A stretch of 30,914 nucleotides of DNA. Origin: Tubiluchus corallicola (Eukaryota > Animalia > Priapulida). Positions within the stretch are counted from its first letter, which is position 1, and each line of letters opens with the position of its first letter. The stretch is from the NCBI GenBank assembly GCA_030141605.1, contig JAQGDQ010002453.1:1-30914 (forward strand), written 5' to 3'. This document shows, one piece after another, positions 18,653 through 27,653 of the stretch. The notes under the pieces are model-generated. The model was not told the DNA's origin. It saw nothing but the letters and a program-made list of their open reading frames with translations, and searched no databases. Position numbers and translations under genes: made by a program.

Positions 18653-19345
18653 ATGAACCAAGCTTTAGTCCAAGTTGCGAAGTATTATTCTACTAAAAAA
18701 TATTCAGACCTTGGTGAGTTATTTTTAGGTAAGTCTAAGGATAATCTTATTTCTGTTTTGTTAGACTTGCTTACAACCTATACTAATAACAAAAACTCAT
18801 CTATCATTAGAGAATTTGTTACTGTTACATTATCTGGTTATAAACACTCCGAAAGTAAGATAGGTTTTAATGGATTTAAACAAAGTAGTTTAAGCAATAA
18901 TAAACCTATAGTGTGTGGAGCCAAACCTAAAAACTTTGACACATATCAATTAGATAAATATAAGACAAAAAAACGAAAAACATCTCCCGCTAAATTAAGT
19001 GGAGGAGGTAATTTTACAGACTATACTTGGGTAAGATTAAATGGGGATAAAAGAAAAAACCCTAATATGCTTGTGAGTGGTTTTGTTGATGGAAAACTAA
19101 TTTATATTTTTGAGTATCCTTTTAAAATACAATCTTTTATTCAAAAACTTGAAAAACAACTACAAAAGAGATTTCCTAATGGGAATATTAAAGGTCATTT
19201 TTTGAGAGATGCTGACTTTGATTACAAGAATTATATAACTTCTCCTGATTTAGAATATATTTTTATTGTGGATAAAATATTTTTAAAAGAGTATACAAAT
19301 AGAGGCTTTTATTCTCATTTAATTCATATTCGCAATGAAAAGTGA
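18653..19345 (+). CDS. Putative type II restriction endonuclease (PD-(D/E)xK-like), possibly inactive
   Basis: 230-aa basic soluble protein overlapping a DNA methyltransferase gene by 11 nt, with an ExK-like segment reading IVCGAKPKN. The call rests mainly on genomic context. Confidence 0.55.
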   Translation: MNQALVQVAKYYSTKKYSDLGELFLGKSKDNLISVLLDLLTTYTNNKNSSIIREFVTVTLSGYKHSESKIGFNGFKQSSLSNNKPIVCGAKPKNFDTYQLDKYKTKKRKTSPAKLSGGGNFTDYTWVRLNGDKRKNPNMLVSGFVDGKLIYIFEYPFKIQSFIQKLEKQLQKRFPNGNIKGHFLRDADFDYKNYITSPDLEYIFIVDKIFLKEYTNRGFYSHLIHIRNEK

Positions 19346-20207
19346 AAATTTACTAAATACGATTATTCGGGGCGATACTTTAACAGAACTTAAAAGGTTG
19401 CCTGATGAATGGGTGGATTTAGTAATAACTTCACCACCTTACAACAAGCAAGAAAAAAACAAAGGCTGGCTAGTGAAAAATGTAAAGTATGATTCTATAA
19501 GAGATATAAAAACAGAAGACGACTATCAGCAAAATCAAATAGAGATACTTAATGAAATTTACAGAGTAACGAAAAATGGGGGCTCGTTTTTTTATAACCA
19601 TAAATTGAGATGGGATAAAGGGCAAATGATACACCCAATGGAATGGCTGTTGAAAACCAATTGGACAATGAAACAGGAAATTACGTGGGATAGAATGATA
19701 GCTGCCAACATAAGAGGTTGGAGGTTTTGGCAAGTAGAAGAACGTGTTTATTGGCTTTATAAACCCGTAAATGAAAATAAAATAGGAGAAGAACTGAAAT
19801 CAAAACACGCATTGCTTACATCTATATGGCGAATACCTCCTGAACGAGATAACTCGCATCCTGCACCATTCCCCATAGCCTTGCCTACAAGAATTATTCA
19901 CTCTATATTGGACGACAAAGAAGGAATAGTTTTAGACCCCTATTCAGGTAGTGGAACAACACTCGTATCTGCAAAGCTTTTGAACAAAAACTATATAGGA
20001 ATTGAAATATCAAAAGATTATGTGGAGCAGGCGAAAGATAGGTTGAAAAACTATATCAATGAAAAATCTAAAGTAGTGAAAGAAACCAGCAAACATATTG
20101 TAAGAAAGACATTCAAAAACAGGAAGGAAAATGCTGAGTTTACGGGAAGATTTAAAAATGATTATATACCAAATAGCAGGCCTCTTAATTTGGTTTTTGA
20201 GCAATGA
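19335..20207 (+). CDS. Site-specific DNA methyltransferase, N4/N6 family, beta class (SPPY, suggesting m4C)
   Basis: Motif IV VDLVITSPPYN precedes HPAPFP and motif I VLDPYSGSGTT, followed by YIGIEIS. This order defines the beta class. Confidence 0.92.
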   Translation: MKSENLLNTIIRGDTLTELKRLPDEWVDLVITSPPYNKQEKNKGWLVKNVKYDSIRDIKTEDDYQQNQIEILNEIYRVTKNGGSFFYNHKLRWDKGQMIHPMEWLLKTNWTMKQEITWDRMIAANIRGWRFWQVEERVYWLYKPVNENKIGEELKSKHALLTSIWRIPPERDNSHPAPFPIALPTRIIHSILDDKEGIVLDPYSGSGTTLVSAKLLNKNYIGIEISKDYVEQAKDRLKNYINEKSKVVKETSKHIVRKTFKNRKENAEFTGRFKNDYIPNSRPLNLVFEQ

Positions 20208-20234
20208 AACGATATAAACAGCAATAAATAGCAT

Positions 20235-23200
20235 ATGGAAAGTTCTATTAAGAAAGTATTAGTATTAGGATCAGGAGCTTTGAAGATAGGTGAAGCTGGA
20301 GAGTTTGACTATTCTGGTTCACAGGCTTTGAAAGCGTTGAGAGAAGAGGGCATAGAAACCGTTCTTATCAACCCCAATATTGCTACTATACAAACCTCCG
20401 AAGGTATTGCCGACAAGATATATTACTTGCCCGTTACTCTACATTTTGTAAAAGAAGTTATCAAAAAAGAAAAACCACAAGGCATCCTATTAGCCTTTGG
20501 CGGACAAACTGCCCTCAACTGCGGAATAGAACTTTTTGAAAATAAAATACTTGAAAAGTATAATGTAGAGGTGCTTGGCACACCTATACAGGCTATTATT
20601 GATACAGAAGATCGTGACATTTTTGCCAATAAATTGAAGGAGATTAATGTTGATATTGCCAAGAGTATTGCAGTAACAAGTATGGAAGGGGCATTAAAAG
20701 CGGTAGGGAAACTTAATTATCCCGTAATTATAAGGGCTGCCTATGCTCTGGGAGGCAAGGGCAGTGGTTTTTGTGAGAATGAAAAAGAATTAAGAGATTT
20801 AGTTCCCAAAGCTCTCTCTTATTCTAAACAAGTATTAGTAGAAGAATCGCTCAAAGGCTGGAAGGAGATAGAGTATGAGGTGGTGAGAGATAGGCACGAC
20901 AATTGTATTACGGTATGTAATATGGAAAACTTTGACCCTCTAGGTATTCACACTGGCGAAAGTATAGTAGTAGCTCCTTCGCAAACACTTACTAATAGTG
21001 AGTATCATAAGTTAAGACGACTAGCTATCAAGATAGTTCGTCATATAGGTATAGTAGGCGAATGCAATGTGCAATATACTCTTGACCCTCATTCGGAGGA
21101 ATATAGGGTAATTGAGGTCAATGCACGTCTTTCGCGCTCCAGTGCTTTGGCATCCAAAGCAACGGGCTACCCTTTGGCTTTTGTAGCTGCTAAATTAGGA
21201 CTAGGATATGGTTTGCACGAATTAAAAAACTCTATTACCAAAACGACCACAGCTTGTTTTGAGCCTGCTTTGGATTATATTGTGTGTAAGATACCTCGCT
21301 GGGATTTAGATAAGTTCTCAGGAGTATCTAAACAGATAGGTAGCAGTATGAAAAGCGTGGGTGAGATAATGGCAATAGGTCGTAGTTTTGAGGAGGTAAT
21401 ACAAAAAGGCTTGCGTATGATTGGACAAGGTATGGAGGGGTTTGTGGGTAATGAGGATACCAATGTAGAGGACTTAGACAATGGACTGGAAAACCCTACC
21501 AATATGCGCATTTTTCTTATAGCACAGGCATTTAAGAAAAAATACAGTATTGATAAGATATATGACTTGACGAAGATTGATAAGTGGTTTTTGACTAAGT
21601 TGAAAAATATTTTTGATACTAAAAAAGAACTTTTAAAATACAAATCAATAGAGGAACTACCTCTGTCGTTGTTGAAAGAAGCAAAGTGTAAGGGTTTTTC
21701 TGATATTCAAATTTCGCAGTTTGTGCTAAATTCTACGGATGAGAAAGAAGAATTAACTGTAAGGGAATACCGCAAAGGCCATAAGATACTGCCAGTGGTA
21801 AAACGCATTGATACTTTGGCTGCAGAGTTCCCTGCCCAAACTAATTATTTGTATCTAACTTACAATGGCTCGGTAAACGACTTACAGCCCGAAGACGATG
21901 GGAAGTCTATTATAGTGTTAGGCTCTGGTGCATATCGCATAGGTAGCAGTGTAGAGTTTGATTGGTGTGGGGTAAGTGCCTTAAATACTATCAACGAACA
22001 GGGATATCGTTCAGTAATGATAAACTATAATCCAGAGACAGTAAGTACAGATTATGATGTATGCGACCACCTGTATTTTGATGAACTTTCGTTAGAAAGA
22101 GTATTGGACATTGTAGATATGGAATGTCCAAAAGGCGTTGTTGTTTCTACGGGAGGACAAATTCCAAATAACTTGGCGATGAGCTTGCATCATCAGAATG
22201 TTAATGTGCTGGGAACTTCTCCTCTATCTATTGACAATGCAGAAAACAGGCACAAGTTTTCAATGCTTTTGGACAAGTTGGAAGTTGACCAGCCCGAATG
22301 GAAGGAGCTTACTAATATCAAAGAGATACATCAGTTTATAGATAAGGTAGGCTTTCCCGTGCTGATACGTCCTTCATATGTATTGTCAGGTGCAGCAATG
22401 AATGTGGTAGCTAATAAGGATGAGCTAGAACATTTTCTATCACTGGCAGTAAAAGTGTCTAAAAAATATCCAGTAGTAGTTACCAAGTTTTTACAACAGG
22501 CTAAGGAGATTGAAATAGATGCCGTGGCAGACAATGGCGAATTGATATGCTATGCTATTTCTGAGCACGTGGAGTTTGCAGGTGTCCACTCTGGCGATGC
22601 TACTATGGTCTTGCCTCCGCAGAAGATTTATATTGAAACAGTTAGAAGAATAAAGAAAATAGCACGAAAAGTATCTAAAGGATTAAATATTACGGGTCCT
22701 TTCAATATGCAGTTTTTAGCTAAGGATAATGATATTAAAGTAATAGAGTGTAATGTAAGAGCTTCTCGCAGTTTTCCTTTTGTATCTAAGGTGTTGAAAA
22801 TGAACTTTATTAACCTAGCTACTAAAATTATGTTGGGCAAAGAGTATGAGCAACCTAATGCGTCTATGTTTGATTTAGACTACATTGGGGTGAAAGCCCC
22901 CCATTTTTCGTTTTCACGTTTGTCGGAAGCCGACCCTGTACTTGGAGTAGATATGTCTTCTACTGGAGAGGTCGGATGTGTGGGCGAAGATTATTACGAT
23001 GCTATATTAAAATCTATGCTTTCGGTGGGTTACACCATCCCAAAGAAAAACATCTTGCTTTCTATGGGACCTATCGAAGACAAAACTACTTTGTTGAGTA
23101 GTTGTCGGTTGCTAACTGAAAATGGCTACTGTCTTTATGGAACGGAAGGAACGGCCAAGTTTTTGAACGAGAATGGTGTAAGGTGCATCAAATTGTCGTG

Positions 23201-23444
23201 GCCTAACGAAAAAACAGCTCCTAATACTATTGAATATTTGAAAGAAGGGAAGTTAGATTTGGTTATCAACATTCCTAAAAATCTTACAGAAAACGAGCTG
23301 CGAAATGGATATAAAATAAGACGTAGTGCTATTGATTATAACATTCCGTTGATTACAAATGCTCGTTTAGCAGAGGCTTTTATTACTGCCATTTGTAAAA
23401 TAAAATTAGAGGATATTTCTATTAAAAGTATTGGAGAGTACTAG
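20235..23444 (+). CDS. carB: Carbamoyl-phosphate synthase large subunit
   Basis: 1069 aa with LGSGALKIGEAGEFDYSG, a duplicated ATP-grasp domain, GVHSGDA and a C-terminal MGS-like domain. Confidence 0.98.
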   Translation: MESSIKKVLVLGSGALKIGEAGEFDYSGSQALKALREEGIETVLINPNIATIQTSEGIADKIYYLPVTLHFVKEVIKKEKPQGILLAFGGQTALNCGIELFENKILEKYNVEVLGTPIQAIIDTEDRDIFANKLKEINVDIAKSIAVTSMEGALKAVGKLNYPVIIRAAYALGGKGSGFCENEKELRDLVPKALSYSKQVLVEESLKGWKEIEYEVVRDRHDNCITVCNMENFDPLGIHTGESIVVAPSQTLTNSEYHKLRRLAIKIVRHIGIVGECNVQYTLDPHSEEYRVIEVNARLSRSSALASKATGYPLAFVAAKLGLGYGLHELKNSITKTTTACFEPALDYIVCKIPRWDLDKFSGVSKQIGSSMKSVGEIMAIGRSFEEVIQKGLRMIGQGMEGFVGNEDTNVEDLDNGLENPTNMRIFLIAQAFKKKYSIDKIYDLTKIDKWFLTKLKNIFDTKKELLKYKSIEELPLSLLKEAKCKGFSDIQISQFVLNSTDEKEELTVREYRKGHKILPVVKRIDTLAAEFPAQTNYLYLTYNGSVNDLQPEDDGKSIIVLGSGAYRIGSSVEFDWCGVSALNTINEQGYRSVMINYNPETVSTDYDVCDHLYFDELSLERVLDIVDMECPKGVVVSTGGQIPNNLAMSLHHQNVNVLGTSPLSIDNAENRHKFSMLLDKLEVDQPEWKELTNIKEIHQFIDKVGFPVLIRPSYVLSGAAMNVVANKDELEHFLSLAVKVSKKYPVVVTKFLQQAKEIEIDAVADNGELICYAISEHVEFAGVHSGDATMVLPPQKIYIETVRRIKKIARKVSKGLNITGPFNMQFLAKDNDIKVIECNVRASRSFPFVSKVLKMNFINLATKIMLGKEYEQPNASMFDLDYIGVKAPHFSFSRLSEADPVLGVDMSSTGEVGCVGEDYYDAILKSMLSVGYTIPKKNILLSMGPIEDKTTLLSSCRLLTENGYCLYGTEGTAKFLNENGVRCIKLSWPNEKTAPNTIEYLKEGKLDLVINIPKNLTENELRNGYKIRRSAIDYNIPLITNARLAEAFITAICKIKLEDISIKSIGEY

Positions 23445-23954
23445 AAATGTTAAAGATTTATTTCTGACCATAGTTGTAGGCGAAAGCTTTCTTATTAAAA
23501 GTTTTTGGAACAAAAAATTGTTTATATTTTCTTTAATTCTTTGTGAAAATTTATAAAAGCTTAATAATTACATTGATTTTGGTAGTGATAATGCTGCTAA
23601 ACTGCAAAGAGAGTGAAATATAACTATATCTTTTCTTTCTATTCTGCATTGAAAAGAACATATGTAAGGAAAAATATTAGAAGAAGAGAAGAATAATTCT
23701 AGTTGTGAAGTCTCAAATTTAAGCTTCCTAATATATTCCTTGCAATTAATATTTATTGATTATCTCTCAATCTAAATTAGTAATATGTTATAGAATAACA
23801 GCAGGGTCATATTAGATATTTATAAAGATTCTTGTTTTCATAATTTCAAATTTCTTTGTCTTTTATAAATTTTTAACATTTATTTTCTTTTAATAGGGAT
23901 GGTAAATCGTTTTTGTATGTTATAAAATAAAGCCTAAATTTTATTTATATACCT

Positions 23955-24593
23955 ATGAAACCTAAAAACCCTATTAAGATGAAAAAATCAACATTAAAAT
24001 TTCTTATCATAGTTCAGCTTGTGTTTGTGGTATCATATCAAGCGATCTATATGGGAGATATTCTAAAAGGTTCCAAAGATAGCTCAGTCGATGCTATTTT
24101 TGTGAATGATGAGGTTGTATTTGCAAATATAATTGATACTATATTTGAAGAAGATATAGAAATGATTATAGAAGGTAATGATACAACATTGATAGATATT
24201 ATTTCTACAATTTACATTTCTGAATCAGATACTTTTGTTATGTCAGAGGACACTATTCACATAGATGTGGAATATACAACAACTAAGTATTTGTCAAAGA
24301 TTTCAGAGAAAGAAATAATAGAATATCTTAAAATTCAAGAATGGTTCGAGAATATCAAATTTGCTGAATTGCACAAATTTGAAGGTGATGAATATCAAAT
24401 ATATTATGGAAATGATTGCACCTTCTTTCCCTATTCTGATAAAAAATACATTTACATAACCACGTTAAAAGAGGAAGGGAAAAGGGTGGCTTATATGTAT
24501 GATGTATTAGGTAGATATGTTGGGGAAATTGGAGAAAATGAAGGTTTAGTAGATGAAGACTTTTTTTGCAACCTTATACCTGTTGAAAATTAA
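23955..24593 (+). CDS. Hypothetical acidic exported or membrane-anchored protein
   Basis: 212-aa ORF in AT-rich DNA with a basic-then-hydrophobic N-terminus (MKKSTLKFLIIVQLVFVV; alternative start at 23979), followed by a terminator. Confidence 0.7.
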   Translation: MKPKNPIKMKKSTLKFLIIVQLVFVVSYQAIYMGDILKGSKDSSVDAIFVNDEVVFANIIDTIFEEDIEMIIEGNDTTLIDIISTIYISESDTFVMSEDTIHIDVEYTTTKYLSKISEKEIIEYLKIQEWFENIKFAELHKFEGDEYQIYYGNDCTFFPYSDKKYIYITTLKEEGKRVAYMYDVLGRYVGEIGENEGLVDEDFFCNLIPVEN

Positions 24594-24620
24594 TGACATT
24601 AAGCAGATATATTAGTACAT

Positions 24621-24655
24621 AAAAAAGATAGCCAAAAAATGTTTTGGCTATCTTT
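24621..24655. terminator. Intrinsic terminator between convergent genes
   Basis: Perfect 14-bp stem AAAGATAGCCAAAA / TTTTGGCTATCTTT with a 4-nt loop. The upstream A tract gives a U tract on the minus strand. Confidence 0.8.
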
Positions 24656-24686
24656 ATGCTTCCTTATGGAATCTAAGAAATAAATT

Positions 24687-25379
24687 TTATTTATCAATCT
24701 TTTCATTAATATATTTTTGGACAATGTCCTTGCCGCCAAATCCTACTGCGATACCTACTGAGATAGCGATAGTTAGAATAATACCTCCGAAGAGTATTTG
24801 AATAAGACCTTCTGCAATATTTAGTTGAGCCAAGGTTGCCATAAATGCAAATAGTATTATACTCCACTTGGCTACTTGTGGCAATACTGTTTTTGCATCT
24901 GCTGATATTTTTGTAGTTTCTAAGCCTTTTATTACTACACTGCTTACAAATTTACTTACAATAAATCCTATAAGAAGAATAACTATTGCTACTATAACAT
25001 TGGGAATGTAGAATACTATTCTCTCTAAAAATTGTGTTATTTGAGGTATGTTAAGAATATCAGCAATCGCAATAAGTATCACAATAATGAAGAACCATTT
25101 TACTATTTTGCTAATAAATACAGGAATGTCTAATCTTATATTGCCAAGTCCTATTTTTTGAAGCTCATTTTTTAATTTTACTTTTTCTAATAGGTCATTT
25201 ATTTTTAAGTATTTGAATATTTTTATTGTTATTTTTTCAAATACATAGGCTATAATTAGCCCTATTATTAGAACAACTAATGCACTGACAAGTTGTGGAA
25301 TATATTTTATTATTGCACTCCACATAGTATACACAGGGTTCAAAAAAGTTTCTTTCAAATTAAATAAAGTTTCATTCAT
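24687..25379 (-). CDS. CmpX-like / MscS 'TM helix repeat' membrane protein
   Basis: Two copies of the YIP..(V/I).A.(V/I).L.IG repeat, several transmembrane segments and a C-terminal GIAVGFGGKD. It lacks the MscS cytoplasmic cage. ATG 25379 is preferred over GTG 25409. Confidence 0.8.
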   Translation of the reverse strand: MNETLFNLKETFLNPVYTMWSAIIKYIPQLVSALVVLIIGLIIAYVFEKITIKIFKYLKINDLLEKVKLKNELQKIGLGNIRLDIPVFISKIVKWFFIIVILIAIADILNIPQITQFLERIVFYIPNVIVAIVILLIGFIVSKFVSSVVIKGLETTKISADAKTVLPQVAKWSIILFAFMATLAQLNIAEGLIQILFGGIILTIAISVGIAVGFGGKDIVQKYINEKIDK

Positions 25380-25428
25380 AGCTTTTAAAATTTTATTAAT
25401 TAAGTTCACGAAGTTAATATCTAATTAA

Positions 25429-25436
25429 CAAAGGTA
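25429..25436 (-). promoter_or_regulatory. -7 promoter element of the TM-helix gene
   Basis: Minus strand TACCTTTG matches TAnnTTTG. Confidence 0.6.
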
Positions 25437-25508
25437 AAAAAATTTCCAATTAACAATATCATTTTGCCATAATGTTGATAATTTTAAGTAAAGACGCAAA
25501 ACACTATA

Positions 25509-26204
25509 TTACTCGCCATCAGCTTTAGTTCTTTTTTTTATTCCAAAGGCGTAGTAAATATTATAATTAAACCCTATATTAACGCTTACATCAGGACGTC
25601 CTAGCCCTGGTATTTTATAGGGTTCATACGTACTTTCATTCAAAGTATTTAAAAGAATTTTGAGGCTAAAAAGAAAGCCAAAATATAAGTTTTTTACCAT
25701 TTCTACTTTTGAACTAAATCCTATTTCCATCCACATTGCTGAATTTTTCTGTTTGGAGACTTCAGGAGAGTAGATTCCCCAATATATATCAGAAATTTTT
25801 ATGTTTTCAGCTGTGTAGCTATATGTAGAATAGCCTATCCTACTAGCAAAGGCTATTACATCAGAGGTTTTTTTGTATAGATTGATATCCAAGCCTATTT
25901 TTCCATATATTCCATCAGAATACGAATTATAATTGGAGTTAAGTTCTTCGAAGATATAGTCGGCTCTTCCTATTTCTAAAGTTGGAAATAGCTTGTCTTT
26001 TATTCTATAACTGAACGACATTTCAAAAAGGGAATAATTATTGTCGAAAAGACTATACCCCACTTTTCCTGCATCTATACCTACAAACAAGGCATCTCTT
26101 TTTGCCTCTTTATAAAAAGGAACATTACTTTTCTCTCTTTGCGAGAAAACAGATGATAGAGTTACGTTACTTATTAAAAATAAGTATAATATTCTTGTTT
26201 TCAC
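25509..26204 (-). CDS. DUF6048-like outer-membrane beta-barrel protein
   Basis: Signal peptide, amphipathic beta strands, G.YGKIGLDIN, W.E.G...KVE..KNLY.G and IPG.G. Adjacent to a DUF6452-like gene, as in other Bacteroidota. Confidence 0.7.
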   Translation of the reverse strand: MKTRILYLFLISNVTLSSVFSQREKSNVPFYKEAKRDALFVGIDAGKVGYSLFDNNYSLFEMSFSYRIKDKLFPTLEIGRADYIFEELNSNYNSYSDGIYGKIGLDINLYKKTSDVIAFASRIGYSTYSYTAENIKISDIYWGIYSPEVSKQKNSAMWMEIGFSSKVEMVKNLYFGFLFSLKILLNTLNESTYEPYKIPGLGRPDVSVNIGFNYNIYYAFGIKKRTKADGE

Positions 26205-26649
26205 TGGGTAAAATAGATTTGTCTATTATAGAAAGTGCATCTATAGTGTTTGATGTTGAATTTGTTGTCTCTTTTAGTTCGAAGTGAGTAATAAATCCAC
26301 AGTTTTGAGACACAAAATAGGGGGTTCTATCATAATAAAGCGACAGGGTATCTACATCTTCATTATCCCTATTGAAAAAAATAATTGTAGTATCTGAAAG
26401 GTTAGATAAGAAAAATTCTACGTTATCAACTGATACATCCTCATAGAAGAATATAGTATCCTTACTTTTCAGTGTGTATAAGGTTAAATCACTTATCTCA
26501 TAGGCTATTGTTTTTCCAGAAAGAGCATCTTCTTTGAAAAACCCTATTTTAACACTGTTTTGCACATCTTCCTTGCACCCATCGTTGATACACATTGTAG
26601 AGAAAACGAGAACAATGATAAGAAAAGTATATAGTAATATGTATCTCAC
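26167..26649 (-). CDS. DUF6452-like putative lipoprotein
   Basis: Hydrophobic N-terminus with a Cys, DTL.L.Y.R...FVS..CGF motif and a C-terminal E..NI.LIF. Confidence 0.65.
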   Translation of the reverse strand: MRYILLYTFLIIVLVFSTMCINDGCKEDVQNSVKIGFFKEDALSGKTIAYEISDLTLYTLKSKDTIFFYEDVSVDNVEFFLSNLSDTTIIFFNRDNEDVDTLSLYYDRTPYFVSQNCGFITHFELKETTNSTSNTIDALSIIDKSILPSENKNIILIFNK

Positions 26650-26650
26650 T

Positions 26651-27622
26651 TTAACTTATTAAATAGTTGCTGATTTTAAATCCTTTTAAAAAATCTTGTA
26701 TTTTCATTCTCTTTTTCCCTTCTACTTGCAGTTCTGTTATATTGATGTAGCCATTTTTCACTGCTATCTTTACATCTGTTTTCTCATTTGTTACTATGGT
26801 AGCTGTAGGCAATGAGTGTGGGGTATTTTCCTCTTGCGATGCAAATATTTTCAAAATTAATCTTTTTTTGGTCTTTTTATGTTGCAAATACGTCCAAGCT
26901 GCAGGATAGGGACTTAAACCTCTTATAAAATTATAAATGGAGGTAATAGTGTTGTTCCAATTAATTTGACAATCAGACTTAAATATTTTAGTAGCCAATT
27001 TAAGCTGGTTATTAGGGTTGATAAGTGATGTTTGGCTCGTTAACATATAGTCGTTAGCTATTATCTTTTCTGTTGTTTTTAGCATCAATTTAGCCCCTTT
27101 TACCATCAGTTCATCGTGAAGGTCTCCTGCACAGTAAGTGTAAGGTATTGGCACCTTTTCTTGCAGTATAATATCTCCTGTATCTATTTTTTCCTGTACA
27201 AAAAAAGTGGTAATACCCGTTGTAGTTTCACCATTGATAACAGCCCAATTAATAGGAGCAGCCCCTCTATAATGAGGAAGTAAAGAGGAGTGCAAGTTGA
27301 TTACACCTATTGAAGGAATATTTAATATGCTAACAGGTAACATGCGAAAAGCAACTACTACATATAAGTCAGCGTTAATTTGTTTCAGTTGGTCAATAAA
27401 TTCATTTGATTTTAAATTGGCAGGTTGTAATACTTGTAACTGGTGTTCTTCTGCATATTGTGTCACAGGGGTCTTTGTCATTTTGCGTCCTCTACCAGCA
27501 GGCTTGTCGGGGGCAGTTACCACAGCTACTACATTATGATGATGGCTGTGCAGCTCTTTGAGGGTTTCCACAGCAAATTGTGGATTACCCATAAAAAGTA
27601 TTTTTAGATTCTTTTTTTTCAA
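26651..27622 (-). CDS. fmt: Methionyl-tRNA formyltransferase
   Basis: FMG.P.FA, VVTAPDKPAGRG, VVAFRMLP, NLH.SLLP.YRGAAPINWA and IRGLSPYPAAW. TTG start. Confidence 0.96.
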   Translation of the reverse strand: MKKKNLKILFMGNPQFAVETLKELHSHHHNVVAVVTAPDKPAGRGRKMTKTPVTQYAEEHQLQVLQPANLKSNEFIDQLKQINADLYVVVAFRMLPVSILNIPSIGVINLHSSLLPHYRGAAPINWAVINGETTTGITTFFVQEKIDTGDIILQEKVPIPYTYCAGDLHDELMVKGAKLMLKTTEKIIANDYMLTSQTSLINPNNQLKLATKIFKSDCQINWNNTITSIYNFIRGLSPYPAAWTYLQHKKTKKRLILKIFASQEENTPHSLPTATIVTNEKTDVKIAVKNGYINITELQVEGKKRMKIQDFLKGFKISNYLIS

Positions 27623-27653
27623 AGATGGTATTTTATTAATCAGTTTGCATATT

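Noticed and set aside
12505-19280. Single DnaA-box matches (TTATCCACA inside rng, TGTGGATAA inside the putative nuclease gene)
   Set aside because: They are isolated, intragenic and unclustered, so there is no evidence for oriC.
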